A stretch of 59,160 nt of DNA from the IMG/VR virus record IMGVR_UViG_3300042516_004109, positions 1 through 59,160 of that record. One strand, given 5' to 3'. The notes below the pieces were generated by a model that saw only the letters and a program-made list of their open reading frames with translations, did no database searches and was not told where the DNA came from. How positions within the stretch are numbered: the first letter of the stretch is position 1; each line of letters opens with the position of its first letter. This DNA comes from a virus (taxonomy: Duplodnaviria > Caudoviricetes). Position numbers and translations under genes: made by a program. Shown here in pieces: positions 58,361 to 59,160 of this stretch.

Positions 58361-59160
58361 TAGAGCATGTTGTTATTGAAAAGGTAAATAACATCTATGT
58401 TCAAGTAACAGCTGAACCAGGCATCTTGCAAGAGATGTCAGAATTTTTTACCTTCTCAACTCCAGGTTATCAATTTTCACCTGCGTTTAAAAGCCGCCAC
58501 TGGGATGGAAAGATTCGACTTTTAAATTTAAACACAAGACAGATCTATCTTGGTCTTGTTCCGTATATCAAAAAGTTTTGCAAGGACAGCAACTACACCT
58601 GCGAGTATATCGATGAAGAACGGGAAGTCTATCCTGTTGATACGAAAAATTTGGCAAGTGCTTTATCACTTCCAATGGAGCCGCGAGATTATCAGTTGCT
58701 CGCTTCTAGTGTCGGACTGACAAAGAAAAGAACTGTACTTATTTCACCCACGGCATCTGGAAAATCGTTAATCATCTATATGATGATTCGTCATCTGTTG
58801 AACACAGGTAAGAAGCGCGGATTACTCATTGTTCCTACGATTAACCTCGTCACTCAGATGCATAGTGACTTTCAGAATTACTCATCTGTCAATGGATGGG
58901 ATGTTGAGAAATACTGCCAAAAAATATTCGGCGGCGAAAGTAAGATTCCCGACAGTGATTTGATTATCTCTACATGGCAGTCAATCTATGATATGCCGAA
59001 GAAATACTTTGCGCAGTTTGATTTTATCATCGGTGACGAAGCGCATACGTTCAAAGCCAAGTCACTAACTTCTATCATGACCAAGTTAATTAACTGTGAT
59101 GTGCGTATTGGCACGACAGGTACACTTGATGATAGCAAAGTAAACAAGTTAGTCCTTGAA
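58357..59160 (+). CDS. uvsW: DNA helicase, N-terminal part (runs off window; not in ORF track)
   Basis: ATG 58357; WDGKIRL, PRDYQ, SPTASGKS, VPT..LV.QM, STWQS, GDEAH.FK, G.TGTL. Confidence 0.95.
   Translation, partial: MIEHVVIEKVNNIYVQVTAEPGILQEMSEFFTFSTPGYQFSPAFKSRHWDGKIRLLNLNTRQIYLGLVPYIKKFCKDSNYTCEYIDEEREVYPVDTKNLASALSLPMEPRDYQLLASSVGLTKKRTVLISPTASGKSLIIYMMIRHLLNTGKKRGLLIVPTINLVTQMHSDFQNYSSVNGWDVEKYCQKIFGGESKIPDSDLIISTWQSIYDMPKKYFAQFDFIIGDEAHTFKAKSLTSIMTKLINCDVRIGTTGTLDDSKVNKLVLE

Noticed and set aside
1-59160. tRNA genes or stop-codon reassignment
   Set aside because: Intergenic gaps are short with no cloverleaf seen; conserved genes end normally at TAA, TAG and TGA

Overview
This window is the virion-morphogenesis half of a T4-like (Tevenvirinae-related, non-enteric type) myophage genome. 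It runs gp59(partial)-gp32, then a leftward block (gp4, gp2, gp54, gp26, gp51, a GH19-bearing tape-measure/hub candidate), then a rightward block: baseplate gp48-53-27-5-25-6-7-8, two VrlC/DUF4815-like proteins, a fibre and modification island (about 27-44 kb), neck gp13-15, terminase gp16/17, gp18-23, gp3, uvsY and partial uvsW. Many late promoters (nnTAAATA) and three GC-rich terminator hairpins are visible. The strongest novelty is in the fibre island. Two paralogous proteins (28618-30360, 30404-32422) are built of alternating Tyr-tetrad and Pro-pentad blocks. Block lengths in the N-terminal arm mirror, with Tyr and Pro swapped, those in the C-terminal arm around a unique central tip, suggesting a sequence-encoded protein 'stem-loop'. 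They lie beside 2OG-Fe(II) oxygenases, a Skp1-type (GT60) hydroxyproline GlcNAc transferase, further glycosyltransferases and a collagen fibre carrying cupredoxin-like domains. Other leads are a candidate -1 frameshift joining gp26 to gp51 (lambda G/GT-like) and a near-consensus antisense promoter with a short RNA between gp3 and uvsY. All calls are by-eye motif and synteny recognition; no searches were run.
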